From contig OX597827.1 of assembly GCA_951406725.2 (NCBI GenBank), positions 37,882,001-37,946,000 of the forward strand: a stretch of DNA of 64,000 bases, given 5' to 3'. The DNA comes from Octopus vulgaris. Taxonomy: Eukaryota. A program made the position numbers and the translations under genes. This document shows positions 1 through 10,657 of this stretch, piece after piece. Every line of letters starts with the position of its first letter. The stretch's first letter is position 1. The notes under the pieces are model-generated. The model was given only the letters and a program-made list of their open reading frames with translations. It searched no databases and was not told where the DNA came from.

Positions 1-1537
1 CTGGCTTATTTGAGTTATTATTTCTCTTAGCTCATTTTATTTTCTGTTTTTCTTTGATATATTTCTGGTGTGTCAAGGCTAAAGAAACAACTGAATAATT
101 CAAGACTATGCCTCTAGTATAAGTTCCAACTGCTATTTTTTATACCAAGAGTTAAACCTTGTTGTTATTTGGTCTATATATCACTTCAGTGTAACATTCT
201 ACAAAACACAAATACAACCTACACTGGAGAAGTGCTCACGTATCACGAACAGAGCTGATGCTACACACACACAAACATCCTCAAATGCATACAAAATAAA
301 AACCTGGTTAATTGACAAAGACTCCCATACCAATCTGGTATAACCATAAACCACATACTATTAACACGCATCATCAACATCATCATCATTTTAACATCCA
401 CTTTTCCATGCTTGCATAGGTCTGATGGAATTTGTCAAGACAAATTTTCTATGACTCGATGCCTTTCCTGTTGCCAACCCTCACTTGTTTCCAGAAAGTG
501 ATATTTCCTATGGTCAGATATATTTTTCACAGAGAAGTAGAGAGATGAATAACACCACTTGCTTTCTGAACTATCATCTATCTATTTTCAAGTAGTCATC
601 TCAATTTTGTTTCTCCGTTATTAAACAATAATCCCAGTACTCCCTTCCTAATATTGCAGACCCTGAAACTCACTCCCTACCAACATCTTCCCAGCTCACA
701 GGTGAAGCTGAACATCAAAAGTACCCTTGTCAGAGAACCTGTAGAGATCAAAGAAACTCATCTGTTTTCCTCTAACTAAATAGTAAATAAAACCCACTTC
801 AAATGACAGTGAGCAGTAACAATGAAACTCCTGGTAAATTGCATTATTATAAGTAAATGGCTTTCCATCAGTTTCAACAATGAAGATTCAGTTGTTCAAT
901 CAAGTGGACAACCTGCTTATTGAATTAGCATGAAAGTGGATGAGTATTCCACAGGCACATGTACCATTAACATAATTCTCAGCATGACTGTACAGATACA
1001 GTCCATTCAACAGGCTTTCACATAGCTTCTGTCAACCCTATTGAACTCACAAGGCTTGAATCAATTCAAGACAATGGTAAAAGACACTTAAGGTGTTGTA
1101 TAGTGGGATTGAACCCAGCATTTCATCATTATGAAGCAAACTTCTCGACTATTCAGTTATGCTCTCTCCACATACTACATATAAAGTAATATCAATAAAC
1201 TGAACTCCAGTGGACTTGAAAGATACATTTTTCATCTTGTACGTTTGTGGAAGTGGAAGTTTTCAGAGAAATTTCAGTTTCCTTTCCTACCTTCTCTGTG
1301 TCATTCCAATTTTATTCAGAAAAGATGATCCCAGTCACAAACAATTATGTATAAACCTACTTTTATTTCTGAGAGAATATCACATAATTTTAAACTAATA
1401 TTACAAAAGGAAAATAACTTGAAATAGAATGATCAAGCATAAAAAGAAATTCAGAAATTGGTTAGTATATAAAAGTGTGTGTTATTTAATCTTAAAAGTC
1501 AAACAAGAGAGATTATAATATTTGGATTAAAACATAC

Positions 1538-1648
1538 CATCAGCCACAAAGGAAGAATAACTAAGATGATGCATAACAGTATCCAAAGCTTGGTATCAGA
1601 CCACCTAATCTGAGAGTCAGGGAAGAAGAAATCAGGAAATAATTCCAC
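1538..1648 (-). CDS. Candidate exon 2 of an unidentified small membrane-protein gene (VELFPDFFFPDSQIRWSDTKLWILLCIILVILPLWLM)
   Basis: attttattttag acceptor and ATG|gtatgt donor. 111 nt, open only in phase 0, which matches the phase of the candidate first exon at 4251-4331. Ends in a hydrophobic helix. Confidence 0.45.
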
Positions 1649-1764
1649 CTAAAATAAAATTTTTAAATCATGAATTAAAAGAAATTTTTTTAAATTACTT
1701 TTCTCTGAAAATACTGATATAATTTTTACACATTGTGTGTGTGTGTATGTGTGTGTTTCTGTAA

Positions 1765-2645
1765 TTCATCATTGTCAAGATCCTTTAACTGATGCAGCCA
1801 GTTGTTGGAGTGTCACTCTAGACACTTTCATAGTCAGCCATTGCCACTGGTCTCTGTTCTGTCATGCATAACAGGTTCACAGTGCTGTGAACAGTCCAGT
1901 CCCTTGATGGTGCCAAACCAGAATTTTCTCAGCCTGCTTCTCTTTCGCTTTCCCTCAAGTTGTAGCAGGATACATGACCATGATAGGTAAGCTTCTATCT
2001 TTTTACCCGCAGAAGGAGTGGTTCCTGTCTACCAGCATACTTGTTGGCTTGCTGCCTGATAAAGCTGTTCATTTTGTGCTCTGTATACGGGATGTGCAAT
2101 AGCCTTCTGAAATACTTGTGCTCAAATATCTGGATACTTTGCTCCATGTCAGCTATAAGAGTATAGCTTTCACATCCATACAGAAGGTCTGAAGTCACTA
2201 GGGTCTTGTGCAACTCTTGAGTCTTGTTGGAAAACTAATGAAACTGCTTTTCCATATATTGTTCAGCTTTGTTGTGACAGTAGAGACTAAGCTGAGTCTT
2301 GTTGTTATCTCCCTTTGAGATACTCCAATTCTCCAGAAAGAAGTCAGAGGCAATGTACATACTTAAACATAGGAAATTCCCTGGAGTGGATAACATCCCA
2401 TCAGAGCTAAAACATAGAGGGCCAAAGCTTATCAAGGCACTAACAGTTGCCTGTCAGAAGATATGAGAGAAAGCAATAGCCAAAGGAGTGGACCCACTGA
2501 TGATATTCATTCCCAAAAAAGGCAACTTAAGACTCTGTAAGAATTATAGAACCATCAGCCTAATTAGTCCCCCAGCAAAGTATTGTTAAGAGGTCTGATA
2601 AACAGACTTAAAGGGAAGGCAGAAGAAATCTTTGACCAAAGACAG
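1765..2645. mobile_element. RTE-clade LINE remnant with 5' inversion
   Basis: Minus strand 1995-2213 encodes LLYGCES..RRLLHIPYTEH (RTE C-terminus). Plus strand ~2320-2640 encodes PGVDNIPSEL..IPKKGNL..CKNYRTISLIS (RT N-terminus). Confidence 0.8.
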
Positions 2646-2884
2646 CAGATCTCAAAAGGAGGTGTCTGTAATTAGAGATATGTAAACATAGAAATTATTT
2701 CTATATAAATCTAGTAAGCTTTTGAGAAAATCTTTTCCAAAATTTTACTAAACCGAAAATCTTAATAATCCCTTCGTAAATTTGTTATATTTTACAACAA
2801 AGAGATATAAGATCTGTACATAAATATGGTATGCTGTGCATGTCAATGGATATATTTAGAATTTATGTAAAGAAGCAGTTTGGA

Positions 2885-3291
2885 TCTTTTCAGTTTGAAC
2901 GGTAGTTTTTTCTAGTGGTGTCATATGAAATTGTCACCCATAATTATAACCCTAGTATCGATCGATTGCATTTCAATTTGGGTTAGGGTTAGAGGTGGGG
3001 GGACGGGTATCTTTGTTTCTTCACAAATGTAAATAAACCCAATCTGTTTCTTAAACGAGGGACATATTCATACGGCACAGAATTTTTTTTTTACCTCAAT
3101 AGACGTCATTGATTGGTTGAAATCGCAGAAATTGAAGAAAAAAAACAACAAATATCTTACAAACCATGGAATTTTCTCAATAAAGCCAAGAGAAAAAGAT
3201 GTTTTATAAACACATTCTACAAGTATACGAAATTTAAAATTTTTTAGTTACCTAGAAATTATGTTAAAAACTGCCGTTCAAACCGAAAAGA
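2885..3291. mobile_element. MITE with ~26-bp terminal inverted repeats
   Basis: tcttttcagtttgaacggtagttttt ... aaaaactgccgttcaaaccgaaaaga (2 mismatches). A truncated copy in opposite orientation lies at ~9682-9895. Confidence 0.8.
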
Positions 3292-3329
3292 GACACTAAA
3301 TTACGTTATAAGATACAAAACAGTGTTTC

Positions 3330-3520
3330 AAAGTTTAGTACGATGCCAGCAGTTTTAGGGGAAGGGGATACCACACAGTACTTAACTAGTATTTTATTTT
3401 ATTGAACCCTATAGGATAAAATGTAAAGTTGAAGTCGGTAGGATTTGAACTCAGAACGTAAAGAACCGAAAGAAATGCCGCGTAGCATTTTGCCAAACGT
3501 GCTAACGATTCTACCAGAGA
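3330..3520 (-). mobile_element. tRNA-derived SINE (family A), degenerate
   Basis: Reverse complement of the repeat at 51975-52190 (gaatcgttagcac..gttctgagttcaaat). Confidence 0.75.
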
Positions 3521-4250
3521 GCCATTAACCAAATAGGAGACATGAATGGTAGTGTCTCTGAGATATATTTGGCAAGTTACAAGAAAACTGCTGTGGGTGA
3601 GAATCTGGAAAGTAAATCCTTCTCAAAATTTGAAGTAAGGCTGTGAGCTTTATTTCAGTGAGGTGGCAGTTAATCAAGGGCCCCGGACTTATATGTCCCA
3701 GCTAAATTCCACTGTTATATGTCCTGGGTGAAAGGGGTGATGTCAATCAACTCCGATATGGATTGCTACTGACAAGCTGTTTATTCGATACCACTCAAAA
3801 AACAAAGCAAGAGCGCTCTAGCCGTGACCACCTTGTCTCTTTTATATATCAGGAACTACATGATCCAATGTGTCCGGGGTTTTTCTTTCTTTCTTTTGAG
3901 ACTGTAGTGGTTGATTCGAAGATCATTTGGTTGCAATTTTTCGTAGATGCACAGATTCCCTTGATCATTCGTTTCTGGTAAATTTATCAACCAAGTTTAG
4001 ATTGAACATGAACTAAGAATCTAGCGAGACTTAACTAAAGTACTGTAAGACTTGAAATATGACGCTCTACAGAGTCAGCTACCTTATACTGCCCTGTAAA
4101 GAGAATTTTGCACATATCCCTTCACATTGACAGAAGAAACATAAATAAAGTAATTTCTGTCATCATTTTCTTTACACTTCAATGAATAAATCTCATGATG
4201 CTAGTAGAAAAACAAACTGTCGCTGAATATAATGAAATATTTTAAGTTAC

Positions 4251-4331
4251 CTTGCTGAAGTCTATCATTGTGTTTTCACCGCAACAACCGTAAAAGAGAT
4301 ATGATGGAAAAGAGACGTCCGCAGACGCCAT
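4251..4331 (-). CDS. Candidate first coding exon (MASADVSFPSYLFYGCCGENTMIDFSK) of an unidentified gene
   Basis: cagttATGGCG start context in a locally CpG-enriched segment. 27 open codons followed by an AAG|gtaact donor. Confidence 0.45.
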
Positions 4332-4787
4332 AACTGTCGAGCCTCGTTTTAGATACAGAAGTTTGTTTTGTTTTTTAAATCGGACATAAGGGTTCGATTT
4401 CTACTAGAACACATTTTCTTTTTATTTATATTCATGACATCATGGTAAAGGCATGAGACTAACGATTGGGGTGTACAGTTTACAATTATATGCTTGTGAG
4501 GTTAATTCCTGGACAGATTGACACTCTGTCTTTGAGCAAAGCACTTTCCTGATTGCTCGTTGCTCCAGTCCCGATGTAAACGAACAGCAACCGGTTGCTA
4601 ATACAGTCCTCTTTCCCTTTAGCTATCACATCATTGATGTTCCACTGAGTGAAAGGGGATGGGTCGTGAGGGTATTCGTTTCTGCTCACGACTGCATAAA
4701 CGATTAGCAAGCTATACCCGTTTATAAGTGACACCTGGCTGTACTATAACTCCGTGACATTACGATTTCTAAGAAAATTATAGATTA

Positions 4788-5306
4788 CTAGCAGTATCGC
4801 CCGGCGTTGCTCGGGTTTGTAAGGGAAATAACTATATAAGCATTTTTAGAGAGTTACTTCCCTTATAGATGCCAATTCGGGCTTTCTTAGCCATTTCTGT
4901 TTTGGTGTCTTCAAGCCATGAAGTCGTTGTTCTAAAAGAACGCTGGTCTCCTTGACAACGCTTTACGACGTTGATTTCCTTACACTCCCTTCCCCACAGC
5001 TTCACGAGGGAGGGAAGAAGGGGGAGAAGCAAACAGGTGCAGGTGTGACCATGGACGCCAACTCCGCCGCCATCGACACACGAAAAATTATGCATTAAAA
5101 TGGAATAAAAAATTATGTTAAATTATTTTTAAAATCGTAGACTCATCGTAGACCCGCGCTAATACTCAGACGGGCTCGATATGAATCACGACTATAAGAT
5201 ACCCGAATTTGGTTAAACTGCACCGCAAAATGTGGGAGTAGTTAGGAATCTAAATCGAAGGGGACAGACACTCACACAACTACAGTTTTATATATATATA
5301 TATAGT
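4788..5306 (-). mobile_element. Non-autonomous Helitron
   Basis: Minus-strand 3' end is the GC hairpin cccgagcaacgccggg followed by CTAG|T. The 5' end is ctatatatata..aaaactgtag. No TSD. Confidence 0.8.
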
Positions 5307-5823
5307 CTACTGCAGTGTACGTCAAAACTATAATGAGAAATATTTATACAGTGAAGAAATTATACATTATTAGTCCTATGGCTCATAGTTTAATCAGTAG
5401 ACTAGAATGGGAAACAACTCTAGATAGGTGTCGGCCTTATTGTGTCTCCTCATCAACATAAATTTCACCAGACTTACCAGGATAGTAATGAGAGAATCAC
5501 CAAATTGGTTTAAACAATATATTGGTAACTGAGCTTGTATCTTTTCTTCACCACATAAATATTTCTAACTAGATTCTTAATGCTTAAACCATTGTTTGTC
5601 GTTTGGATGGCATTTCTCAGTAATTAATCTCCATCATTATTCTTTAATATACATTTTTATGTCTGTTCACCATCTCACATGTATGGAAACATAAACACAG
5701 TTTATACAGACCCAATCATATAAGGTGCTTTGCTTCACACTTTTAAATACTCACAATGGAAGAATGCCAATTTCACCACATTGTCTACAATGTGTTATTA
5801 CTTAAACATTAAACCATCTTTTC

Positions 5824-8795
5824 AGGAGAATTGCCAGACTTGCGGGATACAGGGATGACACATTGGAACAAACAGTTAAATTAGCATTTGTGACAGGATT
5901 TCCTGACCACGTGTCAGTCGAACTACAAAAGCTGCCAAATATTCACTCCATGGCAATAGGAGAGGTAACATCTCAGTCCAGAGTCATCATCTCGTGTTGC
6001 AAGATGGCACCTTTGGCAGCGACTGCAACAAGAGGTCAAACAAAGAGTGGCAGAGAGGGGTCAAACAAAGAACATGTGTAACCCTTCAAAGGGCAGTGTT
6101 TTCGGTGTCAGGGTTCGCACATGGTGAGAGACTGCAAAGAACCCAGGCCTGGAGTAATTTGCTATCGATGCAGATAAACAGGCCGCATCATTAGTGAATG
6201 CGTTCAGGGAAACGGTCTAAGGGAGACTACTGTACCAGTAGTCGTCCCGTCGAAAGAATAAAGCATGTATACAGTCGTTGCCAGTAATAGATGTTGTGGT
6301 GGACAGAAAGATATCACTAGCCCTCATGGACATGGACTGCTCAACAACCCTAATGAATCCGGAGGTGGTAGAAGAATGGAGTGGAGTGAGTAGTGTAAGG
6401 GTTGTTGATGGTACAGAAGTTGAATGCAGAGGAAGAAGCGATGTGGAGATGGTGGTACAAGGGATGAGATTAAGGGCGCACACGATCATGATTGACCGCA
6501 TGGTGGATGGAATCGATGTGGTGAAGGAGATGGACGCCATTGTCCATTTGGGAGGTGTCACGGTCAATGAAGCTGGTGTAACGTACAGTGATGCGGGGGC
6601 ACTATGCACCGTGAGTCCATAATGGGAGAGTGGTGAGAGCTATGAAGAAAAATATGCTGCATACACCATTGCAGACAAGAATTTGGGGGCTGTGTTCAAT
6701 AGCCGGCAGTGGACAGTGGAATGGTACTGGGAGGGAGATCCTCCGACATTGAAGCATACCCTGAAAAGGGATGCCAGAAGCGAGTCCGAGGGAGTGGTGG
6801 AAAGGTGGATCAAGGAAGGCAGTCTGTTCCCTTGGAAGGAGGAAGCAGAGAGTGGACTGCTACCACTGATGGCAGTGGTGCAGCCGAAGAAACATAAAGT
6901 CAGGCCAGTATTAGATTTCCAAGAGCTGAACAACCATGTATTGTGCTATATGGGCGGCAAAGCCACGGACATTTGCAGTGAAACCTTGAGAGGGTGGAAG
7001 CAGATGACAGGGGCCTCCACAATCGTCAATTTGAAGTCGGCATACGTGCAGCAGCATGTGGCTGCGAGACTGTGGAAATATCAGCTAGTAAGGTGTAAGA
7101 GTCGGACATACTGCTTGACCAGGTTGGGATTCGAGCTAAATTCAGCACCAAAGATTATGGCGACAATTCTCAAAACCATCCTGGGAAAGGTGGACAAGGT
7201 GAAAAGAGCCACCAATTCCTATATTGATGACATCCTGGTGGACGGGAGCATAGTGTCGGCAAAGGAGGTCATAAGCCACCTGAAGAGTTTTGGGCTAACT
7301 GTCAAACTGCCAGAGGCAATGGAAGGAGAAGCTACATTGGGACTCAAGGTATGGAGAGACAAGGCCAGCGCATTAGTGTTTCAGAGAGGGAATGAGATCC
7401 CAGAACTGGGTTCCAAGATGAGTAGGTGAGAACTGTTTTCTGTGTGTGGGAAGCTGCTGGGGCACTACTCAATTGCAGGATGGCTCCAGACTGCATGCAG
7501 CTTTATCAAGAGGCGAGCTGAAGGAGTGAGGTGGAGTGACAATGTGGCTGAAAAAACAACTGCCATGATGCAAGAAGTCTTGGAGAGAGTGACGGCGGAG
7601 GACCCAATAGGAGGAAACTGGTATGTGCCCCAATTGAAGAATGGGATCGTGTGGTGTGATGCCAGCAGCATAGCAACAGGTGTTGTCCTGGAAATTGGAG
7701 GCATCATGGTGGAGGATGCAGCCTGGCTCAGGAAGTAGGACGACTGCAACCACATCAATGTGGTGGAGCTGGATACCATGTTGAAGGGGCTAAACCTGGC
7801 CCTGAGGTGGGGGCTGTGTACTATCAAGATCTGGACTGATTTGGCCACTGTACATAGATCGGTGGGATCAAAGGTCACTGGCGAGGAGAGGATGCGAACC
7901 AAAGGAGGCACAGAGATACTGATAAGATGCCATTTGGGAATTTGGGAGTGAGCTAGCTGCCAAGTTTGACCCAAGGTTGAGTGTGGTTTTTGTGCCCTCT
8001 GAGAGGAAAAGAGCAGACATCCTGGTTGCAGGTGCCAGAGGATCTGGAGCAAGAAGCAGATTCAGTGTGTTGACTGAGTTACTCAGTGCATACCATGCAT
8101 CACATGGGGGTGGACAGGACCCTGATACTAGCCAGGAAAGTTGACTCTGCACACTCTGAGTAGGCAGAGTGTGCTGAGAGTAGTTGGGAGCTGTGACAGG
8201 TGCCAGTCCACTGACCCTACTCCAGGTGTACATGAGGTAGGAAGCATTCCAGTTGAACACAACTGGAAATGACTGGCAGTGGACGTGATGCACTACCAGT
8301 AGGGAACATACCTCTCAATGGTCGACTGCAGATCAGGGCAGTTGGCCATATGGAGAGAAATGAAGATGGGAACTTTGGAAGAAATCACAAGAATACTAAA
8401 TGATATATTCCTAGAACAAGGCCCTGTGGATGAGTCACTTGTGGACAATGGCACTGCATTTCACTTAGAGGTGTTGGGGGAAATGCTCAACAAGTAGCAT
8501 GTTAGCCATTTCTTCAAGGCAATATACCGGCCAAGTGGCATCAACACACCATCAAGACTATAGCAGAGAGAGGTCACATCTCACTGGTCGAGTCTGTTTT
8601 TTGGTAAAATATGTTGCCCAGGACAGGACAGGCTGAGGAGTCAGTGTCACACAGGGCAATATTCAAGTATGAATAGAGACATCCATGTACTGCATTGCCG
8701 TAACCCACAAAAGAGAAAGAGCATGCCTTTGTGCAGGTCGTGGAGGAAGTCTGGGTGAAACCCCCAAATGCACAGTGCACATCAGAATGGGGAGA
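5824..8795 (+). mobile_element. Decayed Ty3/Gypsy LTR retrotransposon internal region (gag-PR-RT-RNaseH-IN)
   Basis: Zinc knuckle CFRCQGSHMVRDC, protease-like ALMDMDCSTT, RT RPVLDF and YIDDILV, RNase H VWCDASS, integrase DNGTAF-like segment. Several stops and frameshifts; no LTRs recognised. Confidence 0.9.
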
Positions 8796-8858
8796 GATGA
8801 TGATGATGATTATTATTATTATTATTATTATTATTTTTTTTTTTTTTTTTTTTTTCCG

Positions 8859-9550
8859 ATTCAGAAACTTCTGGGATTCTTGAAACATTGGGTTAATTAG
8901 ATGACTGACATTCCTCCTGTTCACTAACCTCAGAGTTTTTCCACAATTTTTTTTAAAAACTGAAAGTGAATGTTGTAGAGGAAATGAAGATATATCATAA
9001 AGCTTTTCCAGAATTATCAACTTATCTACTCAAAGGTATTGGTAATCTGGAAATAATTGATTATAGAATAGACCACAAGATGTCTTTTGCTGCTTTTCTC
9101 TCTACTTTGTACAAAATAGGGGTACTCACTGATGTAGATGCCCCAGTTATTATCAATAAGAAATATTTACAGCTAATTCATTGAACACAACAAAAATATA
9201 GAATGGAATCTGCAGTGTCTGGAAGTTCATTTTTTATCGGAGGAAATATTAGTTTCAAATTTTGGTACAAAGCTGGCAAGTTTGGGGAAGGGGTTCAGTC
9301 AATTACATTGACCCTAGTGCTCAACTGGTACTTATTTTATCAACCCTGAAAGGATGAAAGGCAAAACTGACTTTGGCGGAATTTGAACTCACAACATAAA
9401 GACATATGAAATGCTGCTAAGCATTTTGCCCAGCATGCTAACAATTCTGCCAGCTCACTGATCTCTCAAAGGAATTATTGACTACTCTTCCAGTTCCTTG
9501 AGTCAGTTTTGGGTTCAGCCAATCTGCAGTTTTAAATCCCCTGATCTAAG
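8859..9550 (+). pseudogene. PTPA: Processed pseudogene fragment of PP2A activator PTPA/PPP2R4, interrupted by a SINE
   Basis: Translation PELSTYLLKGIGN..IDY..HKMSFAAFLSTLYKIGVL..KYLQLIH*TQQKYRMESA matches recalled PTPA VGNSTRIDYGTGHEAAFAAFLCCLCKIGVL..YRMEPAG. DIPPVH*PQ lies upstream, and FQFL..GSA resumes after the SINE. Intronless, with stops and indels. Confidence 0.8.
9245..9470 (-). mobile_element. tRNA-derived SINE (family A)
   Basis: Same family as 51975-52190. Flanked by similar ggaaatatt / ggaattatt (possible TSD). Confidence 0.8.
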
Positions 9551-10044
9551 ACTATGTTTAAAGGCTTGTAGCTTGATTTCTTTGGATGGAGGCATTTTGG
9601 AGGAGGCAAAATTAAAAGAGGTCATAAAAGTGACAGAGGGTACTGACCAGCATCGCTTTTGCTAAAGATAAGAGTTAAAATGGATCTTTTCGGTTTGAAC
9701 GGCAGTTTTTAACATAATTTCTAGGTAACTAAAAAATTTTAAACTTCGTATACCGGTAGAATGTGTTTATAAAACATCTTTTTCTCTTGGCTTTATTGAG
9801 AAAATTCTATGGTTTGTAAGATATTTGTTTTTTTCTGCAATTTCAACCAATCACTGACGTCTATTGAGGTAAAAAACATTCTGTGCCGTATGAAACACCT
9901 AGGGTTAAACTTAACTACCTCTGTCAGAAAAATCATTGAAAATGTATGCTGATTTTCAAAATGGTAAAAGTGTAAAAAACAATTTAAAAAGGGTGGCTTA
10001 TTAGCAATTAAAACCTAATGACTGACAAAGAGAGGTAAGTCCCC

Positions 10045-10100
10045 AGCCTCTGATGAGGATTAAGATGGTCTACATCAAAATCCGAAATCGCGATCTGGCT
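10045..10100 (+). ncRNA. Type I hammerhead ribozyme (Penelope-like minimal stem III)
   Basis: agcc-t CTGATGA ggatt-aa-gatg-gtcta-catc-aa-aatcc GAAA t-cgcg-a TC t-ggct. Core, stem II, palindromic stem III and AUC cleavage triplet are all present. Enclosed by a 24-bp inverted repeat (10023-10046/10108-10131). Confidence 0.8.
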
Positions 10101-10568
10101 ATGTACTCTGGGGACTTACCTCCCTTTGTCAATCCTCAGGACAGTGATTTTGTGGCTTTTGTGTTATTTTAACTCTTTTCTTTAGCAAAAGCGGTGCTAG
10201 TTAGTCTATAACTTTTGCGACCTCTATTAATACACGCACACACATACATATATATATATAGAAAGACAGAGTGTGTGTGTAGGGGGTGCCTGTGTGCGCT
10301 TATATATACATGCGTTTGTGGATGTATGTGTATATGTATGCATGTGCGCACGGATAAATAATATGTTATATCATATGCGCTATATGCCTCTACAAAAATG
10401 TAATGTTCATTGCTGGAACGTACTTTTCGATCAATTTGCTTGATCAGAGTTGAGTTCGGGTAAAATAACCACAAAACAATCGAAACTAATTGTTGATAAC
10501 CAAATGTGAAATGTCAAAGGTTAGAGAAGATTTCGAACTAAAACGAGGCTCAGGGTAAGAAAAGAAAC

Positions 10569-10657
10569 ATGGCAGCTGGGCGTTCAAATCCATTCGGATT
10601 TGTAAATCAACACAACAGCTCCATTAATTCTGCCTCATCAACGAATTTTGCTTACGG
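10569..10657 (+). CDS. PEX13: Peroxisomal membrane protein PEX13, exon 1
   Basis: ATG GCA GCT.., 89 nt, phase-2 donor gtcagt that joins in frame to exon 2. Confidence 0.7.

Noticed and set aside
2981-2995. Telomere-like ggttagggttag
   Set aside because: Only two units, inside a MITE.
4490-4760. Structured-looking GC-richer block, possible ncRNA
   Set aside because: Resembles a degenerate SINE body (ttgagcaaagcactt..gttgctccagtc). No ncRNA-specific motifs recognised.
6278-7951. Gypsy pol ORFs as a functional or domesticated gene
   Set aside because: Multiple in-frame stops, a degenerate protease active site and no LTRs.
10415-10450. Minus-strand CTGATCA hairpin followed by GAAA in the PEX13 promoter
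   Set aside because: The catalytic G8 is missing and there is no stem III.
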